Below are positions 38,480-46,409 of a stretch of DNA of 64,000 bases, one piece after another; the first letter of the stretch is position 1, and the number at the start of each line of letters is the position of its first letter. The DNA comes from a virus. Lineage: Duplodnaviria > Caudoviricetes. Below the pieces are notes generated by a model. That model was not told where the DNA came from. It saw only the letters and a list, made by a program, of their open reading frames with translations, and searched no databases. The stretch is from positions 5,878 through 69,877 of the IMG/VR virus record IMGVR_UViG_3300033463_000099, one strand, 5' to 3'. Position numbers and translations under genes: made by a program.

Positions 38480-38508
38480 TTGAAGTGAGAAAAGCCTTAT
38501 GATATAAT
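38480..38508 (+). promoter_or_regulatory. int promoter P2 (extended -10)
   Basis: TTGAAG-N17-TATAAT with TGa in front of the -10. Confidence 0.65.
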
Positions 38509-38598
38509 GCTCTGCGCTTACACAAGGTAGGTTGCGAGACTATGACAATTTTTCGTTGTCGCATTGTTTTCGCATAACAGATTGTAAAGGACAGAGCA

Positions 38599-39819
38599 AT
38601 GAGTTATCTACAGAAGAAGGAAGTCGAGGCGACAATCAAGCGCCGCGAGCATACCGTCAAGGGCAAGGTGTACGTCACCTTTGAGGCGTATTTCGGCACA
38701 GACCCTTTCAGCAAGAAGCCTGTGCGGATGTCGCGCGGGACGGAAGAGGAACTGAAAAAGGCGATCAAGGATTTCTTCCTTCGCCACCAGTCCGGCGGCG
38801 ATGCGGCCGTGCGCCTGACTGCGGTTCAAGCCCTGGATGCGAAAAACGCCCTTGACGAGCTTACGGCGGCGGGAGAGGACATTTCCCTTACCGAAGCCGT
38901 CCGCGCGTATCTGGGCGGTTCTGTGCGCATATCCGGCAACGCCAGCGGGATAACGATAGGCGACGCGTGGCAAGAGTTCTACAACGGCAAGCCCGACGGC
39001 GACGACAAGCGCAAGCACAGGTATTCTTCCGGGAAGTTCGTGCAGGAGTACGGCGCCGACCGGAAACTTGCGCTCGTCACGGCCAAGGAGGTGGCGGACT
39101 ACCTTGAGGCCAACTACGGCGCGCTCAAGCCAAAGACCTACAACTCGCACCTGTTGAGCATCAAGACCTTCTTCAACTGGTGCGCCAAGGGCAAGCAGAA
39201 GTACATACCGTTCAGCCCGATAAAGGAAGTCGAATTCAAGCCGGAGCCGTGGGAGGAACCGGAATACATGAAGCCGGCCGACGTGGAACAACTGTTCCGG
39301 CTGCTGGAGTCGGTGAAGGACAAGCACCCCGAATATCTCGCGCAGGCGATCGTAGGATTCTTCTGCGGCACACGCGCCGTCGAGATACGCCGCATGGCCA
39401 TGATCGAGGGCGCGGCCAAGATTCACCTGGACGACGAGACAATCCGGATTGCGATGGGCAAGGGATTCCAGCGGGGCAAGATGCCGCGCTCGTTCCAGAT
39501 AGAGCCGACGGCGATGGCGTGGATTAAATCGTTCGACTTCATGGACGCCTTGAAGAAGGTCAACAAGAAGACGATCGGGAAAATCTACAAGCTCGCCCGG
39601 AAGCACAAGATACCCGTGTTCCAGAACTGCGTAAGGCACACGTTCATCACCTACCATGTCGCGGCCTACGGCGACCCCGCCAAGACGCAAGCGATGGTCG
39701 GCACGTCCGCGCGGTATCGCGCCATGAACTACTGCGGCTTGGCGAGCAAGGCGGACGGCGAAGCCTACTTCAAGATTTGGCCGTCGTGCTTCACGGTCGA
39801 AGAAAAGGCCGCGTCGTAA
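38599..39819 (+). CDS. int: Tyrosine integrase
   Basis: 406 aa; GFFCGTRAVEI (catalytic Arg), NCVRHTF (HxxR box with N), terminal ..MNY Tyr; N-terminal arm-binding and SAM-like regions. Confidence 0.85.
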   Translation: MSYLQKKEVEATIKRREHTVKGKVYVTFEAYFGTDPFSKKPVRMSRGTEEELKKAIKDFFLRHQSGGDAAVRLTAVQALDAKNALDELTAAGEDISLTEAVRAYLGGSVRISGNASGITIGDAWQEFYNGKPDGDDKRKHRYSSGKFVQEYGADRKLALVTAKEVADYLEANYGALKPKTYNSHLLSIKTFFNWCAKGKQKYIPFSPIKEVEFKPEPWEEPEYMKPADVEQLFRLLESVKDKHPEYLAQAIVGFFCGTRAVEIRRMAMIEGAAKIHLDDETIRIAMGKGFQRGKMPRSFQIEPTAMAWIKSFDFMDALKKVNKKTIGKIYKLARKHKIPVFQNCVRHTFITYHVAAYGDPAKTQAMVGTSARYRAMNYCGLASKADGEAYFKIWPSCFTVEEKAAS

Positions 39820-39860
39820 AGGCGCGGCAGGTGGACTAATTCTGGACTTCACGGATTAAA

Positions 39861-40622
39861 TTAGTCCAGCAGCTTCTTTATGGCGGCGTCCCTCTTCTTG
39901 TAGAAGTTGGACGCTTTCAGCATTTGCCGTCTCGCCGCCTCAACGCGCCTCAACTCATGGTAGATTTCCGGGCGCGTGAACTTCGGGTCAACCATCAGCG
40001 TGTGGGTGGATGTGATCACTCTCTTCAACTGCGACACCACCCGCTGCGTATTGTCGCCCCATTCCCGCACCTGGTAGTTTATGGCTATCTTGAAGGACAT
40101 CGCGTCCCGATAGACGAAGAAGTCAGGAACGTCAAACGGCGAATCGAACTCTTCCAAGTCCTCAAACCATATAAGGCGGACATTCTTCAACCTCGTATAG
40201 TAGAGATAGGGGTCGGTCATTCGACGCAGGGAAAGCATGCTCTCGATGTAGATGGAGTTGCCGGTCTTTGTGCTGACGAACGCCAACTTTGGCGAATGCT
40301 GTATCTCCCATTCGTAAGGGCGCGGCGAGATTGTCCTAATCCATTGTTGGATTCCGAATCTCAAACAATAGTCGCAATGCCGTGGTGTGGCGGCGACTGC
40401 GAGAACATTGCCGTCACCGTGCAGAGTGTGGAGAATTGAGGCCACGGAGAGGACAGACGAGCGGCCAGCGCAACGCGAGCCCGTCACCATCGTAAGGGAC
40501 GGCGATTTGCCGAGAAGGATTTTCCGCAGAATGGTAAGTTGCTTTGCGGTGAGGCGTCTTTCAAGCGGAATGTCGGTGTTGGACGACAGCGAGGTGTAAT
40601 CTTTGAGGGTTGGTTTTTTCAT
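39861..40622 (-). CDS. Degenerate terminase-large-subunit ATPase domain (SPP1/PBSX type), no nuclease domain
   Basis: GSRCAGRSS (Walker A-like, K to R), WEIQHSPKL...TGNSIY, IWFEDLEEF (Walker B-like, EE to ED). Colinear with the recalled SPP1/PBSX TerL N-domain; stops at 253 aa. Confidence 0.65.
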   Translation of the reverse strand: MKKPTLKDYTSLSSNTDIPLERRLTAKQLTILRKILLGKSPSLTMVTGSRCAGRSSVLSVASILHTLHGDGNVLAVAATPRHCDYCLRFGIQQWIRTISPRPYEWEIQHSPKLAFVSTKTGNSIYIESMLSLRRMTDPYLYYTRLKNVRLIWFEDLEEFDSPFDVPDFFVYRDAMSFKIAINYQVREWGDNTQRVVSQLKRVITSTHTLMVDPKFTRPEIYHELRRVEAARRQMLKASNFYKKRDAAIKKLLD

Positions 40623-40627
40623 GTGGC

Positions 40628-41065
40628 TTACTGCCTTTCTCCTTTGGTGAGTTTTTCAATGGTGCGTCTGACGGCTGGCATTCCGCCCTTGAGATAGATC
40701 GCGCCGAGACTTTCGGCAACGCAAGCGAGAAGCGGACTCTTCATCCGCAGTAAGAGCTTCATCAATTCGTAGTGGTGTTGCTTCGCTTGCGGCGATTCGT
40801 GCTGCTCAAGGAATTTCGACACGGCGATCAAGGTATCTGCCGCACCGTCAATCACCGCTTCGACGATCTCCGATGCGTGTAGTCCTTCCCACGCCTTGTA
40901 TTCCGCCACCATGAGCTGTTCGCCAAGGGCAACAACATCGTCGGCGTTGCATATCGTGGTCGTGCCCAACGGATTTTGGTAGCCAATGGGCTTGTCGGGG
41001 TCGAAGTCGATAACCTCTATGGGCTTGAATCGTGCGATCGTGACGGGGAATCTGTGGTTGCTCAT
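40628..41065 (-). CDS. Hypothetical protein
   Basis: 145 aa, ATGA-coupled, part of the leftward operon. Confidence 0.65.
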   Translation of the reverse strand: MSNHRFPVTIARFKPIEVIDFDPDKPIGYQNPLGTTTICNADDVVALGEQLMVAEYKAWEGLHASEIVEAVIDGAADTLIAVSKFLEQHESPQAKQHHYELMKLLLRMKSPLLACVAESLGAIYLKGGMPAVRRTIEKLTKGERQ

Positions 41066-41313
41066 GGGCGTTGCCTCCGGGCGCGGTTGAATTTGAAGGA
41101 CTTGAAGGGCTTGTAGTATTTCTTCCGGGCAAGGACATCGTGGCGCATGGACGCCTCGCGGATTCCCGGACGTTGAATCACGAACGGCGGCGGCTCGTAG
41201 ATCGGGAAGTCAGGCGGGGCAGTTATCGCGGTGAGGTAGTATTCACGCGCGTTCAACGCTTCGTCTTCGCTGTCCATGTCGCAGGTCATGGTAGGGTAAT
41301 TTTCTTCGTGCAT
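41062..41313 (-). CDS. Hypothetical protein (MHEENY...)
   Basis: 83 aa from ATG 41313 with AGGA RBS. Confidence 0.55.
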   Translation of the reverse strand: MHEENYPTMTCDMDSEDEALNAREYYLTAITAPPDFPIYEPPPFVIQRPGIREASMRHDVLARKKYYKPFKSFKFNRARRQRP

Positions 41314-41320
41314 TGTTTTC

Positions 41321-41569
41321 CTAAAGTAGCAGCGGTTGTTTGTATGGTGACGGCTTCGGCGCGTCTGGCGGCACGAACGGCTCCTTTGAGAAGAATGGGC
41401 AATAGCCGTGCGAATTGACGTAGAAGCTGTGGCGGAGGCAATAGTACCGCTCGTATGAGAACTCCTTGCGGTCGCGAATCGCGCCACAGTTCTTGCAGAT
41501 GAGCGGATTCTCCTGGGGCGGCCTGTAGCCTGCGCGAATCCGTGCTTCTATGACTTCGGGCGTAATCAT
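41321..41569 (-). CDS. Small Cys-rich (CxxC...C...C) protein
   Basis: MITPEV...CKNCG...YC...GYCP; ATGA overlap. Confidence 0.6.
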   Translation of the reverse strand: MITPEVIEARIRAGYRPPQENPLICKNCGAIRDRKEFSYERYYCLRHSFYVNSHGYCPFFSKEPFVPPDAPKPSPYKQPLLL

Positions 41570-41778
41570 TCCTCTTCTTCCTCTATCGGAATGGGCTTCG
41601 GCTCGCGTTTCTTCCAGCCGAACTTCTTGCGGTTGTACTCGGCTGAATTCTCGCTGTTCATGATCTTGCGTCCGTATTCGCAGGACGGCGCATCCGGCGG
41701 ACGCATGGTTGCAAGGTGTACGCACCATCCGCGCTCGAACTTCGGGCAGACGGCGCACGGTCTAGGCTTTCTAGGCAT
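41566..41778 (-). CDS. Small Cys-rich protein
   Basis: CAVCP...WC...SCEYG; 70 aa. Confidence 0.6.
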   Translation of the reverse strand: MPRKPRPCAVCPKFERGWCVHLATMRPPDAPSCEYGRKIMNSENSAEYNRKKFGWKKREPKPIPIEEEEE

Positions 41779-42094
41779 TGTCTTCTCCTTCCTCGATCAC
41801 GATAAGGTCATGCTGGAGCGCAACGAGCAGTTCACGCTTCGCGCCCTTCGACTTGTTCCAGCCTTTGAGAAGGTAGATCGCGTCGAGGTGGGGAATGACT
41901 GCGCGCTCGCATTCCATGACGGCATCAAGAAGCTTTCCTTCGGGGTTGCCGCCAAACACAAAATTGAAGTCTGTCGGGTTTACGACAAGCCATCCTTCTT
42001 TGTAGAGTTTCTTTTCTGCGGCGTCGAACGCGTCGAAGTTGTTGTTGGGCAGTCCGGCCATCTGTCCGGCGATGTAGATTGTTTTGCGGTTCAT
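41771..42094 (-). CDS. DUF4406 family protein (nucleoside deoxyribosyltransferase-like fold)
   Basis: IYIAGQMAG...NF.AF..A...L...G..V.NP and DAIYLLKGWNKSKGAKRE are family signatures. Confidence 0.8.
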   Translation of the reverse strand: MNRKTIYIAGQMAGLPNNNFDAFDAAEKKLYKEGWLVVNPTDFNFVFGGNPEGKLLDAVMECERAVIPHLDAIYLLKGWNKSKGAKRELLVALQHDLIVIEEGEDNA

Positions 42095-42102
42095 CGTCTC
42101 TC

Positions 42103-42396
42103 CTATGGTGCGAGTGTCAATGCCATCGGAAGCACGCCATTCGCATCCGCTGGCGGCTCCGTCTCGGTCGGGTGGCTGAATCCAGGCGCATCGACGCGCC
42201 CGGAGATTTTCGACAGGCAATCAAGGCGTTCTGCCGTAATCCATTCCTCCTTCAACTCACCCTCCGTCACCCATTCAAGCAGATATTCGATCTGCCCAGA
42301 CGCGCGGATTGTGATGGCGGTGCATACCGTCTTCCACTTGGGGTCAGAGAAGAGCAGAACGATGTCGCCTATCGAGATCTTGGTTTCGATTTTCAT
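42103..42396 (-). CDS. Hypothetical small beta-barrel-like protein
   Basis: MKIETKISIGDIVLL...; 97 aa. Confidence 0.6.
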   Translation of the reverse strand: MKIETKISIGDIVLLFSDPKWKTVCTAITIRASGQIEYLLEWVTEGELKEEWITAERLDCLSKISGRVDAPGFSHPTETEPPADANGVLPMALTLAP

Positions 42397-42590
42397 TTGC
42401 CAAGCGCTTTCACGATGAGAGCGAGTATGACTATGATGAACACCAGGATGAAGATTATCGAACTAATCCACATGGGCGAAAGCACCCACCACCAGGACCA
42501 GTCGATCTTGTCGATGAGCTTCAAGACGATAAAAGTGATTTGCAGCAGTCCGAAAAACGAAATGCCGCCGTAGTTGGTATTGTTCTGCAT
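42393..42590 (-). CDS. Small two-TM membrane protein (common phage family, ...LKL...IDWSWWWVLSP.W)
   Basis: GGISFFGLLQITFIVLKLIDKIDWSWWWVLSPMW motif. Confidence 0.75.
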   Translation of the reverse strand: MQNNTNYGGISFFGLLQITFIVLKLIDKIDWSWWWVLSPMWISSIIFILVFIIVILALIVKALGK

Positions 42591-42610
42591 TGTCTGTTCC
42601 TTTCAGAAAT

Positions 42611-42649
42611 GCGCCCTGCCGCCATGCTAGGACCACGACGGCAGGGCGC
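42611..42649 (-). terminator. Hairpin downstream of the basic peptide gene
   Basis: 11-bp perfect IR GCGCCCTGCCG/CGGCAGGGCGC, followed on the minus strand by ATTTCT. Confidence 0.45.
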
Positions 42650-42654
42650 GGGGT

Positions 42655-42741
42655 TCACTTCTTGCACTTGCCCTTGCACTTGGCGGCGGGCTTCTTGGCA
42701 ACCGGCTTGGCGGCGGCCTTCTTCACGGTCTTCTTGGCCAT
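42655..42741 (-). CDS. 28-aa Lys/Ala-rich histone-like peptide MAKKTVKKAAAKPVAKKPAAKCKGKCKK (missed by the ORF track)
   Basis: Read directly from the sequence; AAAGGAG RBS upstream of the ATG; all Lys codons are AAG. Confidence 0.7.
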   Translation of the reverse strand: MAKKTVKKAAAKPVAKKPAAKCKGKCKK

Positions 42742-42789
42742 GATCTTACTCCTTTGTTCATCCGGTGCACCATGCAGCCGGAAATTGTT

Positions 42790-43158
42790 TCAGCTGTACG
42801 CCAGCAGAACGTCCCAAAGATCGTCGATGGCGTCAATGTGCGCATCGAGCAGACGGAACTTGCCTGTGTTGAAGAGGCGTTTCAGCGCATCGGCGTAGTC
42901 CGCATCCTTGCCGGGGCCATTGAGACCGAGCGACACATGGACGATGGTGTTCTGGACGGGCTTGCCGTCGGCCTTGCCCTTCGTCTTGATGACCTTGTAA
43001 ACGTGCATGTTGTCCAGTTTGGACGAAAGCGCGTTCACAACCTTCTTCGCGTCCTTGGCCGCTGCGGACTTCTTGGATTCGACGGCTTCGCTGATGTCGT
43101 CGAACCGCATGATGAGATACCCGGCGGAACCAAAGACAGGCATGGACTTCTTCTTCAT
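42790..43158 (-). CDS. Hypothetical protein
   Basis: 122 aa, strong codon bias, GAAAGG RBS. Confidence 0.7.
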   Translation of the reverse strand: MKKKSMPVFGSAGYLIMRFDDISEAVESKKSAAAKDAKKVVNALSSKLDNMHVYKVIKTKGKADGKPVQNTIVHVSLGLNGPGKDADYADALKRLFNTGKFRLLDAHIDAIDDLWDVLLAYS

Positions 43159-43200
43159 TGACTTACCTTTCTCTTTGTGAGTTGGAATGACGGAAACGGA

Positions 43201-43686
43201 CTACTCGACGATTTCCCAATCCTCGCACAGCATGTCGGTCTGCGAGGCAAGCCAGCCGGTCAAGACTTCGCCTGTGGCCGTCTTCATGCGGATGGAGCCG
43301 GTGAACGTCACCGTGCCGCCATTCGCCTCGCTGATGGCTTTCAGATGCGGGTCGGTGATGTTCGGGCAGTTCGTGATCGTGCTTCCGGGCATAACCCAGA
43401 TGTACATGCCCTTGCCGTTCCAGCCCTTGCGAGCAACCTTCTTGCCCTGCTTCATGGCTTCGATGGCCTGCCCGAAGGTCATGCCGTCAATGGGGCGACC
43501 GGCGGCCTCGAACTGCGCCTTGGGGCACCAGCTCTCGTAGCCGTCGGGATAGACCACATGATAGCCCTCGTCGAAGGGGTTCTCGTTCGCAGGCATTTCC
43601 CAGCCGCGATAGTTGTTGTACTCGCCGCGCGTCATGGGCGTAGCCTTGGCAACGTGGCAACGGATGTATTGTTTGTATTCTAGCAT
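43201..43686 (-). CDS. DUF2829 / Tad2-like anti-defence sponge with an N-terminal extra domain
   Basis: MTFGQAIEAMKQGKKVARKGWNGKGMYI...GW.ASQTDMLCEDWEIV is the DUF2829 signature; N-terminal GY.V.YPDGY.SW.PK..FE domain. Confidence 0.8.
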   Translation of the reverse strand: MLEYKQYIRCHVAKATPMTRGEYNNYRGWEMPANENPFDEGYHVVYPDGYESWCPKAQFEAAGRPIDGMTFGQAIEAMKQGKKVARKGWNGKGMYIWVMPGSTITNCPNITDPHLKAISEANGGTVTFTGSIRMKTATGEVLTGWLASQTDMLCEDWEIVE

Positions 43687-43732
43687 TGTTTTACCTTTCT
43701 TGTTGTCCCGCCCACACCATGCGGACGGAAAT

Positions 43733-45217
43733 TCATTTTTCAAATGTCGATTTCACCATAGCCTTTGCCGTCTGGACAGGGACGGAGTTTCCGATCTGCT
43801 TCACCTGTTCCGCACGGTTGCCCATGAGGACGAAATCCTCCGGGAACGAATGCGCCGCCGCCAGCTCCGACGGCTTCAACATCCTTATGCGGACATCGAG
43901 CAGGCGCCCGTCCTCCAGCAGCGCAAAGCAACCCTGCATGTTGTCGTATGTCGTGATCGTCTGCATCGGCTCCCTGTCGCTGTGGATGTGGCCGCTGTCG
44001 TGTCCTCCTGGACGGCTCATGTCTAGGATTACCGCATCGACCTTGCGGATAGCCCCAGCGGTGGAAATCGTCGGCATCGGTTGAGTGTCCGGGCGAAGTT
44101 CCGCGCCTCCCTGCTGTCCGAGGACAAAGGTATTTATGACGCTGAAACGGTCGTGCGAGGTTTGCGTACCGAGCGGCCTCTTTAGGTCTGTCGGCTTGCC
44201 GCCGTTGCAATGGTCTATGATGATAGGCTGGCAAAGCGCGTGGTGATTCGTGTGCGCCACGATGGACGATATAGGCCGTTCAATGCTCTCCGCGAAGCAT
44301 CCGCGATTCGCGCGGACGAGGAACGGGCGGCAAAGAAGATGGTGGCCGCCTCCCGAAACCACGGTGGAAAGCGGGGAATCTACCGATTCAGCCGTTCCGT
44401 TCCTGTTCAGCTTGACGATAAACGGCTTCAAGTCGATGTTGCAATACTTCTGCAATCCGACGATCACGCGGCGCATGGTGTTTTCCGCCAGCGGCGTCTT
44501 GCGGTCGAAGATGCTCTTGCCGATGTCCGTGTAGTCCAGGCATTCAGAGACGGTGCGCCACGGTTTCAGCTTGCGGTTCCAAAGGTCTTGCTCGGGGTGT
44601 TCCGCGTGGGTGGGCTCCGGCCAGCGAATGCGTCCGCATCCGCGCTTGACTGCTTTTAGGAAAAACCGCTTGCGCGTCGTGGCGTCGCCATAATCGGCGC
44701 AGTTCACCACGCGCCAGTCAACGATGTAGTCACGCGCGCGCAATCCGTCAACCCAATTCAAGAAACACTTGCCCCTAAGCCGCTTTATGGGCTTCTGGGT
44801 TTCGGGGTCGAGCGGTCCCCATTGCATGAACTCGGGGACGTTCTCGATGATGATGTGGCGAATTTTCCGCGTGCGGTCAATCCATTCGTGGACGTGGTTA
44901 GGCTGCATCCGCAGTTGGTCGGAAAGCGGACGGTCGCCCTTCGCCCTGGAGAAGTGCGTACAGGACGGTGACATCCATAGCAAGTCGATTTCGCCGTCCG
45001 GCACAAGCTTCTCCGGGTTGGCGATCGACATGTCCATGCAGTAGGCTTTAATGTTTGGGTTGTTGTACGAGATAGTGTTGATTGCCGGCATCCAATGGTT
45101 GATGGCAATTTCCTCGTATGGGATTCCAAGCTCGGTGAAAGCCTCATGGATTCCCATTGTGGCGCCGCCGGCTCCGCAGAATCCGTCAACAACCTTCTTC
45201 ACTCGCTGACGTGCCAT
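43733..45217 (-). CDS. DNA cytosine-5 methyltransferase (phage type)
   Basis: DGFCGAGG (motif I), SPSCTHFS (catalytic PC-like), ENVPEF, RKRFF, QIGNSVP (motif X). Confidence 0.9.
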   Translation of the reverse strand: MARQRVKKVVDGFCGAGGATMGIHEAFTELGIPYEEIAINHWMPAINTISYNNPNIKAYCMDMSIANPEKLVPDGEIDLLWMSPSCTHFSRAKGDRPLSDQLRMQPNHVHEWIDRTRKIRHIIIENVPEFMQWGPLDPETQKPIKRLRGKCFLNWVDGLRARDYIVDWRVVNCADYGDATTRKRFFLKAVKRGCGRIRWPEPTHAEHPEQDLWNRKLKPWRTVSECLDYTDIGKSIFDRKTPLAENTMRRVIVGLQKYCNIDLKPFIVKLNRNGTAESVDSPLSTVVSGGGHHLLCRPFLVRANRGCFAESIERPISSIVAHTNHHALCQPIIIDHCNGGKPTDLKRPLGTQTSHDRFSVINTFVLGQQGGAELRPDTQPMPTISTAGAIRKVDAVILDMSRPGGHDSGHIHSDREPMQTITTYDNMQGCFALLEDGRLLDVRIRMLKPSELAAAHSFPEDFVLMGNRAEQVKQIGNSVPVQTAKAMVKSTFEK

Positions 45218-45347
45218 CTGACACTTCACCTTTCTCGTCTTCGCCGTTCATCTTGCGTAGCTCGTCCCGAATCTCCTTGAGCAGATTGTATTGGTCAATC
45301 ATGCCCAAGAAGATCAAGATGGAAACAAAAGCAACGAGGCCAGTCAT
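45186..45347 (-). CDS. Small single-TM protein (53 aa; missed by the ORF track)
   Basis: MTGLVAFVSILIFLGMIDQYNLL...; GAGG RBS. Confidence 0.5.
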   Translation of the reverse strand: MTGLVAFVSILIFLGMIDQYNLLKEIRDELRKMNGEDEKGEVSDGTSASEEGC

Positions 45348-45841
45348 TTACAACCTCTCGCCTTGGCAAGCAGCCATTCGCCAAACGGCATCTTCACGGT
45401 GCCGTCATCGTTGTGGCCGTCTGGTGAACCTGTCCAGTCGAACCATGCGGTATGCAGCATCTTGTAATCGCCGCCGAACATGTCGCAATTCCGCGCGGGC
45501 GCGGCGAGGGCGCGCCTTGCCTTCTCAACAGCGGATATGGTTTTGTTGATTAGTCCGCCGTCAAAGATGTCGGCCTCTACCAATTCACACAAAAGGCGTT
45601 TCAGTCCTCCTATGTTGATGCTATTTAACGCCACCAACGCCTCGCGCATTTTGGCCATGTTGCCCAACATGTCGGAATTTCCGACATCTTTGATCTTGTT
45701 GACGGCTTCCTCCCAGGAATCCGCCTCGATGAAGCTGACGGGATGCTCATGGCGTCCGCCAAAACTATCGTAAGTCACGGCAACGCTTCCATGAAGGATG
45801 CGGACCGGCTTACCCTCTTTCATGACATATCCGAACTTCAT
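45344..45841 (-). CDS. Hypothetical protein
   Basis: C-terminal ...FGEWL.A motif common in phage early genes; GAGG RBS. Confidence 0.6.
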   Translation of the reverse strand: MKFGYVMKEGKPVRILHGSVAVTYDSFGGRHEHPVSFIEADSWEEAVNKIKDVGNSDMLGNMAKMREALVALNSINIGGLKRLLCELVEADIFDGGLINKTISAVEKARRALAAPARNCDMFGGDYKMLHTAWFDWTGSPDGHNDDGTVKMPFGEWLLAKARGCK

Positions 45842-45842
45842 T

Positions 45843-46409
45843 TTACACCTCTTCCTCGTCAACACGCGCGGCGTACCAGTCGGCGGTATGGGTTGCTATG
45901 ATTTGCCGGCCGTGCCAATGTACTGCGCTGTCAAGCTCGTTGTCCGTGTACTCCCCCCTGTCAACACCGTACTTGCCCATGTGGAAGGTGATCGCCACGA
46001 TCTCGTCACGGACAAGCTGAATGCCAAGTTCTGCCGCGATTGCGGCGGAGCAAGCACCGTGTCCGGGATAGACAGGCTGGATGTACTCCCACTTCGGCTT
46101 GCCGTCCACATCTTCCTTGAACTTGTAGCAACGGCACTTCACCAAGTCATGCAGCATGCCGACAAGGTACGGCGATTCGCTACGCGGCCACTTCACGCCA
46201 AGCGCGTCCGTCAGCGTGACAAGCCTTTGCGTCACATTGACACTGTGCTCCATAAGGCCGCCGTACCCCGCAAGGTGGTGTCCCATGCTCGCCGGTTGTC
46301 CGAAGTAGCCGATCTCGTCAAGCTTCATTTCCATGAAACTGTCGATACCTGCCCGTTCAAGCAAGACTTCGGCCATGCCTTTGACAGTCAAATGACACTC
46401 TCCCATCAC
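45843..46409 (-). CDS. HD-domain phosphohydrolase
   Basis: HHLAGYGGLMEHS...LHDLVK...FHMG...HTAD HD-domain pattern. Confidence 0.8.
   Translation of the reverse strand: MMGECHLTVKGMAEVLLERAGIDSFMEMKLDEIGYFGQPASMGHHLAGYGGLMEHSVNVTQRLVTLTDALGVKWPRSESPYLVGMLHDLVKCRCYKFKEDVDGKPKWEYIQPVYPGHGACSAAIAAELGIQLVRDEIVAITFHMGKYGVDRGEYTDNELDSAVHWHGRQIIATHTADWYAARVDEEEV

Noticed and set aside
38286-38483. 65-aa ORF in the att/promoter gap
   Set aside because: TTG start with no RBS; it runs through the terminator, the repeats and a promoter.
38608-39852. 414-aa ORF antisense to the integrase
   Set aside because: Codon-mirror artefact with no recognisable domain.
39861-40622. Reading this ORF as the phage's real TerL or as a pseudogene
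   Set aside because: The real TerL C-terminus is at 1-206 next to the portal. This ORF has an RBS, no frameshift and a clean stop, so it was kept as an intact degenerate domain, although decay cannot be excluded.
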